Shown: positions 9,217 to 17,259 of the stretch, piece after piece
Layout of the letters: every line of letters begins with the position of its first letter
How positions within the stretch are numbered: the first letter of the stretch is position 1
DNA from: an uncultured Calditrichota bacterium
GTDB lineage: Bacteria > Calditrichota > Calditrichia > Calditrichales > CAYPHA01
NCBI GenBank assembly: GCA_964410215.1
Contig: CAYPHA010000001.1
Coordinates: 138,924 to 202,923, forward strand
Direction: 5' to 3'
Length of the DNA stretch: 64,000 nt
Translations under genes and position numbers: made by a program
The notes under the pieces: generated by a model
The model's database searches: none
Told to the model about the DNA's origin: nothing
Seen by the model: the letters and a program-made list of their open reading frames with translations, nothing else

Positions 9217-12200
9217 TTATCCGTTTTCTCCACAAATCCGGGCCATCTGTGTCGTGTAGAAACGAATCAGGTTTTGTTCTGATTCAGAGAAGGCCTGTTC
9301 CTCAATTTTTACGATCTGTTCGACATCCCGCAGGGCCCGGATGATATCGATGGGTACTTCCGACATGGAGCGGGGTACCTGGGTCAGATACTGAACCGCG
9401 GCGATCAGGAACTGGCGCATGGAGTCATCGACAATTCCGCGCAGCAGATCGGCCACCTGGCTGCCCAGCCGGAAGACCTTGGTGGTATCGGCCGGAAAGG
9501 GGAGATCGGTCTGTCCCATACCCGATGACAGGGCATGAATGGCGCCGGCCAGTTCGACAAAACTTTTAACCTGTTGAAAGACACTGTTTTCGATCACTTC
9601 CCAAAGTTGACTTCTCAGTGCCCGGACGTTTTCTGGTATAACAAGCAGGCGACTGACTTCCTCTTTCCATTTTGGATCCACCGGTCCGTCGATCAAACGG
9701 AAAAGCGTTTGCGGATCGGAGTTAAACAAATCTTTCTGCACCAGCACGGCAATCTCCGGATCGAGCGTCGGCAGCAGGGCCGGATTGAATGTGCCGTTCT
9801 CGAAGAAAACACTCGGCTCGATACCGAATCTGCGAATCAGTTCCCGTTGAAAATAGGGTATGAAACCGGTTATGGCATCCGTATCTTCGCGCAGGACGGC
9901 GAAACAGGAATTACCGGGCGGGAAAGCCCTTTCCATACGTTTCAGGTAGGTCTGCTCCCGGTCATGATACAGGCGCAGGCTGTGCAGGATTTCACGCACG
10001 TGCAGGTGAGGCAGTATGCGGTCATTGATCAATGAAACACTGTCACTGTAGCTGGACTGCCGATTGGAAAATTCGTCTATCGCCCGGAACAATCCGGTCG
10101 TAAGCTGGTTGATGCCCAGGATCATTGTCTGTGCGCGGTTATGACCGATGGCACGCAGCAGGCTTCCGTGTGCCGCCATGGGTAGTGTCTGGGCGATACG
10201 GGCGATAATCTTCTGTCCGCGTTGCTCGCTGACATCGCGGCTGGGGCGTACCGTCGGCCGGTCGCGTAATGCCGGCATAGCCCGGGAAATGAAATAGGAA
10301 ATGGCATGGATGCCTACCACATCCGCATCCTGCCCGTAAAGGATCTGGCGAAAATTCTTGGTCACCAGTTCTGAAAATTCATTGTAAAGCGGATCCCGTT
10401 TTCCGGTCGTTCGCAGCTCCAGCTCCTGGTAACCGCGCTCCTGGAAAATCAGGCGGGTATCCAGCAGCGGCTCGCTGGCCCTGACCAGCTCATTATCGTG
10501 AAAGATCTGTGCCGCATGCAGATGATACAGCAGCTGGGCCAGTTCATTTACGGGCAGATGGCGTAACCGCTCAAATATCGTGCTCTGGAAGGTCCGCAGG
10601 TCTCCGGTAGAGAGAATACCCATCAGCGGAATACGGGCATATTCCGCACTTTTCTGAATAGAGGGTTTGATAGTTTGAAAGCGTGTTTTGTTTTCCGTGT
10701 TGAACCGGAACGGCTCTTTTCCGGAGAGGGCGTCGTAATAGCCACCCTGTCGCTGCATCGGTTCACCACTGCCCAGTTTCATGCGGACCTTCTCAACCAG
10801 TCCGCGCTCGGCCAGCCAGCGCACGGCTTTATGCTTTGCTTCCCGGTATAATACGGCTCCACGGGCCTGTCCCACCTGCTGACTGATATCGGAACCGGCG
10901 ATAAACAGTTCACAGATCATATCGGAAAAACGGTCGGCCGCGGCCTGATCGACGCGGCGGCTGCGAATGGCATAGTTCCAGATGCGGTCGAGGTAAGTGG
11001 TAAGCGACTCGATTGTCTCCGTGTCTTCAAACAGGGGTATCAGCCAGATGTTGGGCAGCTCAGTATCCGGGTTTTCGCGTTTCAGCATTTCGTTTCGGGC
11101 CCGCATCTTCGAATCCAGTGAAATCAGTGCTTCCGGTTCGGTGGACATACTCACCTGCAGGGCCAGCACCATTCCGGGGTTGCCGTATTCTGAGGCTATC
11201 TGGTTGATTTCAAACATGTTATGCACGGTCGTGTCGATGGCAAACGGATCTTCGGACAGGATCATTTTCTGGTGGATCCGCGGTGTCAGGATAAAACGTC
11301 TGAGCAGGCTGCGATAGGTACCTGCTTTCAAAGCCACTTCCGGATGCGAAAGCAACCGTTCTATTTCCGGCAGCCGGCTGTGTAAAAACTTGCGCAGTCT
11401 TTTATTCAGGGCAAAATAGTATTCCATAGACTGACGGCGTTCACGACGCAGTTCGAACATGCGTTTTTCCAGGCGGTCGTTATGCTGCCAGAGAGCCGTC
11501 AGCGGATCACGCGCCAACCGCAGTTTTGAAGCAAGGGCATCCAAACGGCCCGAAGGCGCCTGAAAGGGCAGCACACTGCGGTATCGCTTCTCGAGCTGGT
11601 TGGTCAGCGAGGTGATTTTATTGGACAGATTCCAGAAGCCGGCTTTCTGGGCATCCAGCCGCTCGATTTCGCGCCGGAGATCGGCGGGGATAACCAGATC
11701 GCGGTTGTATTTCATCAGAGTGCGGATGATTTCCGCCAGCAGTGATACATTTTTCAACAGTGCTGCGGCTACCAGGCGGTGCCCCTGCCCGGAGGGACGG
11801 GTGCTGCCATCCCAGTCACCCCAGAAAGACAGAAAAGCCGGCTGGTTGAACCGGCCGTTCCAGCGGGCATATTCTTCCGCCCGGATCACGGCACCGAGAT
11901 CGGATACCAGCTCGTCCGCTTCTTCAATGGAATTTACGGCAATATTGGATCCGAGATATTCATGAACAAGGGACAGGGCCAGGCTTTGCGTTTCCTTTTC
12001 CGAAGCACGTCGTCCGAAAAATACCTGTTCCAGCAGGGTGTCGGTTTTCAGGTCGACATCCAGGGCATACATCTGGGTCGGGTGTACCGTCCGGTCAAAC
12101 AGTCTGCGCCGGAAGCGCTGTTGACGGTCCGCAGTATTTTCCTTGTAAAATTCCTGTTCAAGGATGCCCGTGATTCCGGATGGCGATGATACCGATTGTT

Positions 12201-12246
12201 CGAGTATATTTTTATAAAGGTGTACCTGATCCTCATATCTTTGCTG
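9217..12246 (-). other. module 3 of the giant ORF (about aa 860-1868): divergent PEP-carboxylase-like region
   Basis: Blocks are collinear with E. coli Ppc as recalled from memory:
- TVHPTQ (His914, 12082-12084) vs TAHPTE.
- SFWGDWDGSTRP (11791-11829) vs SWMGGDRDGNP.
- VSMSTEPEAL (11125-11160) vs ISMAKTPSDVL.
- IPLFEDTETI (11014-11046) vs APLFETLDDL.
- FIAGSDISQQ (10867-10920) vs MIGYSDSAKD.
- LGSGEPMQRQGG (10741-10782) vs FHGRGGSIGRGG.
- C-terminus ARICGENG vs AGMRNTG.
The GYSDS-to-GRGG spacing is 41 residues in both proteins. Confidence 0.6.
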
Positions 12247-14823
12247 TAACAGGGCCATCTTTTCCGGGAGAAAGTTCGTCAGAAAATGCTCTGTGCGCGC
12301 ATCCCAGCGGATGAGCGATGAAAAGCGCCTGAATTCATCTTTAAAAAGCATTTGCGCGGCCCGGGAAATCCGCCCGGTGGCATCCGTCCAGAGGGCTTCA
12401 CCGGTACCAAGATAGGGCGCGGCTTTCAACCGAAGGGAATGCACCGGAAAACGGTGCCGGTTATAGCGTACCTGCTCATCGGCAATCAGACGGTTCATGT
12501 CGATAAGTACACGACGGGTTTTGGCTTTCAGCTGTTCGGCGGCGTCTTTACCTCCAAGGGTCATCCGGAAGGTTTTCCGGGCCAGCTCGAATCCTTCCGC
12601 CGTGCGGGCAAAGGTGGAAAGGGGTACCAGTCCGATACCGCGCTTGGCCAGATTGGAAGCCAGCCAGTCAAGAGAAATGCCGGGAGGCAGATCGTGAATA
12701 ACCAGTTGGGGATACATACTGCCCGAAGGCCGTTGTATTTCAATGCGAAAACTGTTGCGCTCCCCGGGAAGGTTATAACAGGCTTCCTCGATGGCGGTCA
12801 TCCGTTCATTCAGCAGTGTATTCCTGAGGTACCAGAAAGCCCGCACCTGTTCCGGTTCATTGCGATAGAGCAGATAGGCCATGAAGATGGCCATACTGTT
12901 GGGCCGGACGGTCTCCATACAGGCTGCAAATTTTTGATGCAACCCGGGATCCGGAATTTCGGCAACGGCCAGGCGTCCGCCGGCAAAACAGTCCGTCTTG
13001 GAAAGGGAATGAATAGTAATCAGGAAACGCTTCTGTGATTCCCTGATATAGCCCATGCGGATGCGCTCATTGACCAGCTGTTTCAGCGTGGGCAGGCTTT
13101 CCGTTTGTGCGGACGGCCGGAGATTCTGATAGGAAAGGTCATCGATTACAAAAATATCCCGGTTCAGCAGCCGGGTTAACAGGCCTTTCAGGGCCTCTTC
13201 ATCAAAAACACGACCACTGGCATTATGCGGTGAGTTCAGGACAACGGCACCCCTTTGTTTCCATCCGGGATCTTTTTCCATAAGCCGGTCAAGCCGGGCC
13301 ATAAGACCCTCCGTGTCAATACCCAGGTTTGCATTAAGCGAAACGGTGTGCACGTCTGGGAAGCAATGCTCATAGGTCCAGCTCAGATCCGGGATGATCA
13401 CCGATTCGATACCGCAGTGAAAGCCGAGAAAGCTCATAGCCGTACGTGCCGAACCGCTGACGACAAACGTATCCCTGTCGGAATAATAGGGATGATGATG
13501 CAGAAAGCGCTGCAGGAAATTGGATGCGAGTTCGGACTCTATTTCCGGATCATAAAGCTCTGTAAATACGGTTTCAAATAATTCCCTGGGGGTACGCGCA
13601 GAAAAGGTATCCGCGACCGACGTGGGGATGTGCGGATGTGCATGCATGCGATCCTGGTACGCTTCGGAGTGGGTGGTGTAGGTTTCAGCCATACGTTCCA
13701 CGGAGGTACTGTGAAGCCTGTAAGCCTGCATCATGCGGTCGGTTATGCGGTTAAGAAATGCAGGTGGTTCCGGCAGTGTTTTATTCTCAAATGCAAGTAC
13801 CGGTTTATCGCTACTATCCGCCGGATCAGGATTTCCGGGTTCTTCGGCCTGCGTATGTACCATCCGGTGAGCGAGGTATTTGACTTCTGCGGCCGACGGG
13901 GTTCCCTTGAGCTCAAAATGGACCAGTTCCAGAATTTTAAGTAGTTCCGAATTTCCCAGGACAAATATGATGGAACTGTTCTTCAGGGCGGGATTCATAA
14001 AAGCCGGTGTCATAAAACGGGTTACCCGGTTAAGCATTTTCGCTTCCCGGGCCAGGGAAAGGTGATTCGGGGCATCATTGGTTTCAATAAAGTACAGGGG
14101 GTGCTCCAGGCTGATCATACGCAGCGTCCGCCTTGCTGTCTCAGATAGCGTTCTGCCGATGATCATGTAATTCGGACGCGGGGGAGTCGATTTAAAATAG
14201 TGTTGCAGGGTAACGATAGCCCCTTCTTCATCATCCGGCAAAGCGGTAAAGTCCAGGTTTTCAAAATCATACAAATGGCCCGGCAAATCAAATCCGCACG
14301 TAAAAACGGTAACCGGTGTTTGGTTCGAGAAGCGGCTAATGGCTGTCAGAAATACCCGGACCGTTTCATAGATACCGCCTGCACTGATAATGCATTCACG
14401 TTTACCGCTTTCTTCCCCAAAGTCGTAATGAAGCGGATCTCTGGAGATGGTATTCAGAAAGTCTTTAAACAGTAATGCGAGCGTGCCCGGTTTCTCACGG
14501 GTGTAGCCGCCTCTGGGCAGGTAGGGCACGCACTTGGCGATGGTATCGTAAAAGAAGGACATGTAATCCGGGGTATCCGCCAGCTCTTCCGATGTAGAAC
14601 CGGACTGCGAAGAATGGTCCGGGGCTGGCGTGTCCATCCCTGTCGTGAGTCGAAAATAAGCCTTGTGTAAACGGGAATCCTGTATCGGGTTGCCGATATG
14701 AAAATTTATCCGTTCATTTTCGGGAACCGGCGCAGCAGCGGTTGCCTCGCTGATTTCTGAGACTTTTGCCGCCTTTACCGGCCGTAACTGGAAATATTCA
14801 AGTGGATCCTTGGCACTGTTCAT
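9217..14823 (-). CDS. 1,868-aa multidomain protein: degenerate PLP-fold module, class I/II aminotransferase module and PEP-carboxylase-like module
   Basis: Single uninterrupted ORF, 25 nt after the SPFH gene and 42 nt before carA. Domain evidence is given in the three sub-features below. Confidence 0.9.
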   Translation of the reverse strand: MNSAKDPLEYFQLRPVKAAKVSEISEATAAAPVPENERINFHIGNPIQDSRLHKAYFRLTTGMDTPAPDHSSQSGSTSEELADTPDYMSFFYDTIAKCVPYLPRGGYTREKPGTLALLFKDFLNTISRDPLHYDFGEESGKRECIISAGGIYETVRVFLTAISRFSNQTPVTVFTCGFDLPGHLYDFENLDFTALPDDEEGAIVTLQHYFKSTPPRPNYMIIGRTLSETARRTLRMISLEHPLYFIETNDAPNHLSLAREAKMLNRVTRFMTPAFMNPALKNSSIIFVLGNSELLKILELVHFELKGTPSAAEVKYLAHRMVHTQAEEPGNPDPADSSDKPVLAFENKTLPEPPAFLNRITDRMMQAYRLHSTSVERMAETYTTHSEAYQDRMHAHPHIPTSVADTFSARTPRELFETVFTELYDPEIESELASNFLQRFLHHHPYYSDRDTFVVSGSARTAMSFLGFHCGIESVIIPDLSWTYEHCFPDVHTVSLNANLGIDTEGLMARLDRLMEKDPGWKQRGAVVLNSPHNASGRVFDEEALKGLLTRLLNRDIFVIDDLSYQNLRPSAQTESLPTLKQLVNERIRMGYIRESQKRFLITIHSLSKTDCFAGGRLAVAEIPDPGLHQKFAACMETVRPNSMAIFMAYLLYRNEPEQVRAFWYLRNTLLNERMTAIEEACYNLPGERNSFRIEIQRPSGSMYPQLVIHDLPPGISLDWLASNLAKRGIGLVPLSTFARTAEGFELARKTFRMTLGGKDAAEQLKAKTRRVLIDMNRLIADEQVRYNRHRFPVHSLRLKAAPYLGTGEALWTDATGRISRAAQMLFKDEFRRFSSLIRWDARTEHFLTNFLPEKMALLQQRYEDQVHLYKNILEQSVSSPSGITGILEQEFYKENTADRQQRFRRRLFDRTVHPTQMYALDVDLKTDTLLEQVFFGRRASEKETQSLALSLVHEYLGSNIAVNSIEEADELVSDLGAVIRAEEYARWNGRFNQPAFLSFWGDWDGSTRPSGQGHRLVAAALLKNVSLLAEIIRTLMKYNRDLVIPADLRREIERLDAQKAGFWNLSNKITSLTNQLEKRYRSVLPFQAPSGRLDALASKLRLARDPLTALWQHNDRLEKRMFELRRERRQSMEYYFALNKRLRKFLHSRLPEIERLLSHPEVALKAGTYRSLLRRFILTPRIHQKMILSEDPFAIDTTVHNMFEINQIASEYGNPGMVLALQVSMSTEPEALISLDSKMRARNEMLKRENPDTELPNIWLIPLFEDTETIESLTTYLDRIWNYAIRSRRVDQAAADRFSDMICELFIAGSDISQQVGQARGAVLYREAKHKAVRWLAERGLVEKVRMKLGSGEPMQRQGGYYDALSGKEPFRFNTENKTRFQTIKPSIQKSAEYARIPLMGILSTGDLRTFQSTIFERLRHLPVNELAQLLYHLHAAQIFHDNELVRASEPLLDTRLIFQERGYQELELRTTGKRDPLYNEFSELVTKNFRQILYGQDADVVGIHAISYFISRAMPALRDRPTVRPSRDVSEQRGQKIIARIAQTLPMAAHGSLLRAIGHNRAQTMILGINQLTTGLFRAIDEFSNRQSSYSDSVSLINDRILPHLHVREILHSLRLYHDREQTYLKRMERAFPPGNSCFAVLREDTDAITGFIPYFQRELIRRFGIEPSVFFENGTFNPALLPTLDPEIAVLVQKDLFNSDPQTLFRLIDGPVDPKWKEEVSRLLVIPENVRALRSQLWEVIENSVFQQVKSFVELAGAIHALSSGMGQTDLPFPADTTKVFRLGSQVADLLRGIVDDSMRQFLIAAVQYLTQVPRSMSEVPIDIIRALRDVEQIVKIEEQAFSESEQNLIRFYTTQMARICGENG
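12454..13626 (-). other. module 2 of the giant ORF (about aa 400-790): class I/II aminotransferase with PLP-lysine motif
   Basis: VVLNSPHNASGRVF (NPxNPTG-like), FVIDDLSYQNL (DExY-like) and ITIHSLSKTDCFAGGRLAV (SxSK...GxR). The Lys609 codon is at 12997-12999. Boundaries are approximate. Confidence 0.7.
13834..14721 (-). other. module 1 of the giant ORF (about aa 35-330): aminotransferase-like fold without a recognisable PLP lysine
   Basis: INFHIGNPIQD resembles the aminotransferase N-terminal IxLxxGxP block. RECIISAGGIYETVRVFLTAI resembles the small-domain helix. No NPxNPTG or SxSK equivalents are visible. Boundaries are approximate. Confidence 0.35.
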
Positions 14824-14848
14824 TAAAGACTAACGGTTTCCCCTGATA

Positions 14849-15832
14849 CTATGTGTTGGATGTGTTCTTGTTTTCTTTTTTAACCGACTGCGCATCGAGA
14901 ATGTTCTGTAAAAACGCATGGATGGCAGACATGAACTGTGATCCCTGTGTGAAATCTCCCGGAGAGAGTGAAACAACGGTCCTGGCGTTCTTCAGATTCT
15001 GGCTGGCTTCTGCCAGTCGGGCAACCTGGGGAGTCAGGACAAGCAATTCGGGATTGTTTTTCAACAGCTCCAGTTCCTTGCGGTCAAATTCGAGTTGTTT
15101 ATTGCGCCGTTTCAATTCTTCCGTAATGCGTTTTTCGGCTATTTCGGCTTCGTTCTGTTCTGTAACTTTCTGCATTTCATATTTTTTCACTTCCAGGGCA
15201 TGTTCGGATTTGGAGACTTTTTCATCCGCGTCAATCTTTGCCTTCATGGCGGCAACACGCGCTTCCTGTTTAGTGACTTCCGTTTGTTCCAGGATGCGTG
15301 AAGCTTCCCGCTGCCGCATGGCCTCGGCGATTTCCACTGAAACAGGGTCTATGGCCTGAACCGTCAGCGTTACGATGTCAATACCAAGCGAATCCACGGT
15401 TTTGCCCAGTTTCTTATCGAGATGTGCGGACAGGGATTCCGATTTCAGTTCATCAATTTCATTTTTTTCGACGTATTCTTTAACCAGGGATTGCAGAAGA
15501 ACAATAACTTCCTGCAGGGCTTTGGAAACGCATTCATAGTTCCATCCTCCCACGCGGATGAGCGCGGAAAGATGATCGTTCGATGCGGCGACGGAAACGG
15601 CCAGGCGGACATTCACGGGCAGTTTACCGCTGGCTTCCGCCTCGATGTCAACAATTTTGGAATGAATGGTGCCCGGAATGGCCAGACTGAAATGCCTGGG
15701 ATAGAAACGGGCGCGGCGCAATCGTACTTTTCCGGCGGATTCGTAAAGAATCAGGTTATCGGGGCGGCGTATACGCAGTTCAAGAAGAACAAGGACGACG
15801 AGGATCACCAGGATGCCGACACTGACTAACAT
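14849..15832 (-). CDS. SPFH/band-7 (flotillin-like) membrane protein
   Basis: N-terminal TM MLVSVGILVILVVLVLL, an SPFH core (IDIEAEASGKLPVNVRLAVSV..., GIDIVTLTVQAIDP), then a long EA/K-rich coiled coil. ATG at 15832 follows a strong SD aggagg; the track start at 15859 is less likely. Confidence 0.85.
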   Translation of the reverse strand: MLVSVGILVILVVLVLLELRIRRPDNLILYESAGKVRLRRARFYPRHFSLAIPGTIHSKIVDIEAEASGKLPVNVRLAVSVAASNDHLSALIRVGGWNYECVSKALQEVIVLLQSLVKEYVEKNEIDELKSESLSAHLDKKLGKTVDSLGIDIVTLTVQAIDPVSVEIAEAMRQREASRILEQTEVTKQEARVAAMKAKIDADEKVSKSEHALEVKKYEMQKVTEQNEAEIAEKRITEELKRRNKQLEFDRKELELLKNNPELLVLTPQVARLAEASQNLKNARTVVSLSPGDFTQGSQFMSAIHAFLQNILDAQSVKKENKNTSNT

Positions 15833-15964
15833 ATTTCCTCCTGCGAAGATAGCTGGCATGTATACAAAAAATGCCTACAAGGATGTTGTAGACATTTCCG
15901 GCATAAAATTGTATGTATATTAATTTTGGTGAAAATTTATTAAAAAATAGCAGGTAAATGCAAA

Positions 15965-17239
15965 TTAATTTCCCATGGCATTAATCACATTTGCCGGAGG
16001 AATATCAGCATCGAAATGTGCATTGATGGTTGCTATCCATTCATTGGCGATCAATGCATTGCCGGCATCGGTCGCATGCAGACCGTCGAGACTGAAAAAC
16101 CCGCCTGTAATGAAGGCTCCGTCAAAAGAATGCCCGGTTATATCGATACCGGAGACATTCACACCGGCCATGAAATTATACATGTCAACAACGGGGATAT
16201 CACGGGCCCGGGCCTCATTTTCGATAATCGCATTAAAGGCGATCAATTGTGTATTCAGCACATCCTGTTCGTCCTGGTCCAGGTAAAAGACATCCGGCAG
16301 CGGATCGCCTTTGCCGCCGTTGGCTTCGGGTATACCTGTTCCGCGGGACAGTGTGTCGATCGCCGAAAACAGGACGAGGTCGTTTTCATCAACACCGACC
16401 AGGGGGATGCGTTCATCATTTTCATCCAGAACCGGTTCCAGTGTGGTGAAGTTGAACAGATAGGGTGGAATGGTGGTAAAATAGGCCACATTCCGGTAAC
16501 TGGCAAGGTTCGCCACGACGATTTCCGCACCGGTGGCTGAAAGGGAATCGAGCAGTTCTTTATACAGAAACTCAAAATCCGTTTCCGAAGTGAGCACTTC
16601 TTCGACCGTACCGCCCAGCAGGGCATAAGCCAGCAGGTCGCTGTTACCGATCCAGCAGGTGATAAATGTCGGATCCAGTTCGGCCACCTGTCCGACCAGC
16701 GTTTTTCTCGAACCTGCCGCTTTATCCCTGTTTCTCAGGATCAGATCTATGAACTGTGACTGGCTGAAACTTTCCTCTGTCGTGACGGACTCCAGCAGGT
16801 CGGCCAGCAGAACACCAGGCATGGACAGGTTGTGATAGGGATGCGGGAGATTTTTTATGTCATCCGAAATATACGGTGATGCGGAATCGAAAGAGCTGTA
16901 ATCCGAATAAAATGCCGGTACAAGAGCCAGCGGCAGCAGGGATTCCAGTTGCAGAATGCCGGCACCGATGGGTGTGTAAGAGCCGATCCCGGGGTAATCC
17001 AGCAGCGGTTGTGTGAAATCATCCACCCCGGCCTGCCGGGCTATCTGTGCCGGATAACTGAACTGCTGGTGCATTTCCGTCAGCGCTCCCGATTGAAAAC
17101 CGGAGGACAGGTTTCCGCCTACGGCGACATAGGTCGAAAAATCAGCGGAGCCGGTTGAAAATACCACCGGATCCGCATCGTCAAGCGTGCAACCGGCAAT
17201 CAGAAAAAATGAGAGTAGCAGTATCGTAATATGTTTCAT
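15965..17239 (-). CDS. SGNH/GDSL-fold lipoprotein (divergent block I)
   Basis: Lipobox FLIAGC. Block V DGLHATDAGNALIA and block III-like WIGNSDLL. The block I position reads GGNLSSGF rather than GDSLSxGF. Confidence 0.7.
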   Translation of the reverse strand: MKHITILLLSFFLIAGCTLDDADPVVFSTGSADFSTYVAVGGNLSSGFQSGALTEMHQQFSYPAQIARQAGVDDFTQPLLDYPGIGSYTPIGAGILQLESLLPLALVPAFYSDYSSFDSASPYISDDIKNLPHPYHNLSMPGVLLADLLESVTTEESFSQSQFIDLILRNRDKAAGSRKTLVGQVAELDPTFITCWIGNSDLLAYALLGGTVEEVLTSETDFEFLYKELLDSLSATGAEIVVANLASYRNVAYFTTIPPYLFNFTTLEPVLDENDERIPLVGVDENDLVLFSAIDTLSRGTGIPEANGGKGDPLPDVFYLDQDEQDVLNTQLIAFNAIIENEARARDIPVVDMYNFMAGVNVSGIDITGHSFDGAFITGGFFSLDGLHATDAGNALIANEWIATINAHFDADIPPANVINAMGN

Positions 17240-17259
17240 CAGTCATTCTCCAAACTTAT

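Noticed and set aside
12352-13038. 228-aa plus-strand ORF (and 9535-10035, 11600-12189, 13255-13944) opposite the giant ORF
   Set aside because: All lie antisense to a single 5.6-kb ORF that carries ordered, recognisable motifs. The antisense products are Gly/Arg/Pro-rich with no features.
15864-15892. CTACAA/TTGTAG hairpin plus T-run (minus strand) between the SGNH gene and the SPFH gene, considered as a terminator
   Set aside because: It is a 6-bp AU-rich stem only. It is too weak to call, although it may mark the upstream boundary of the SPFH-fusion-carAB unit.
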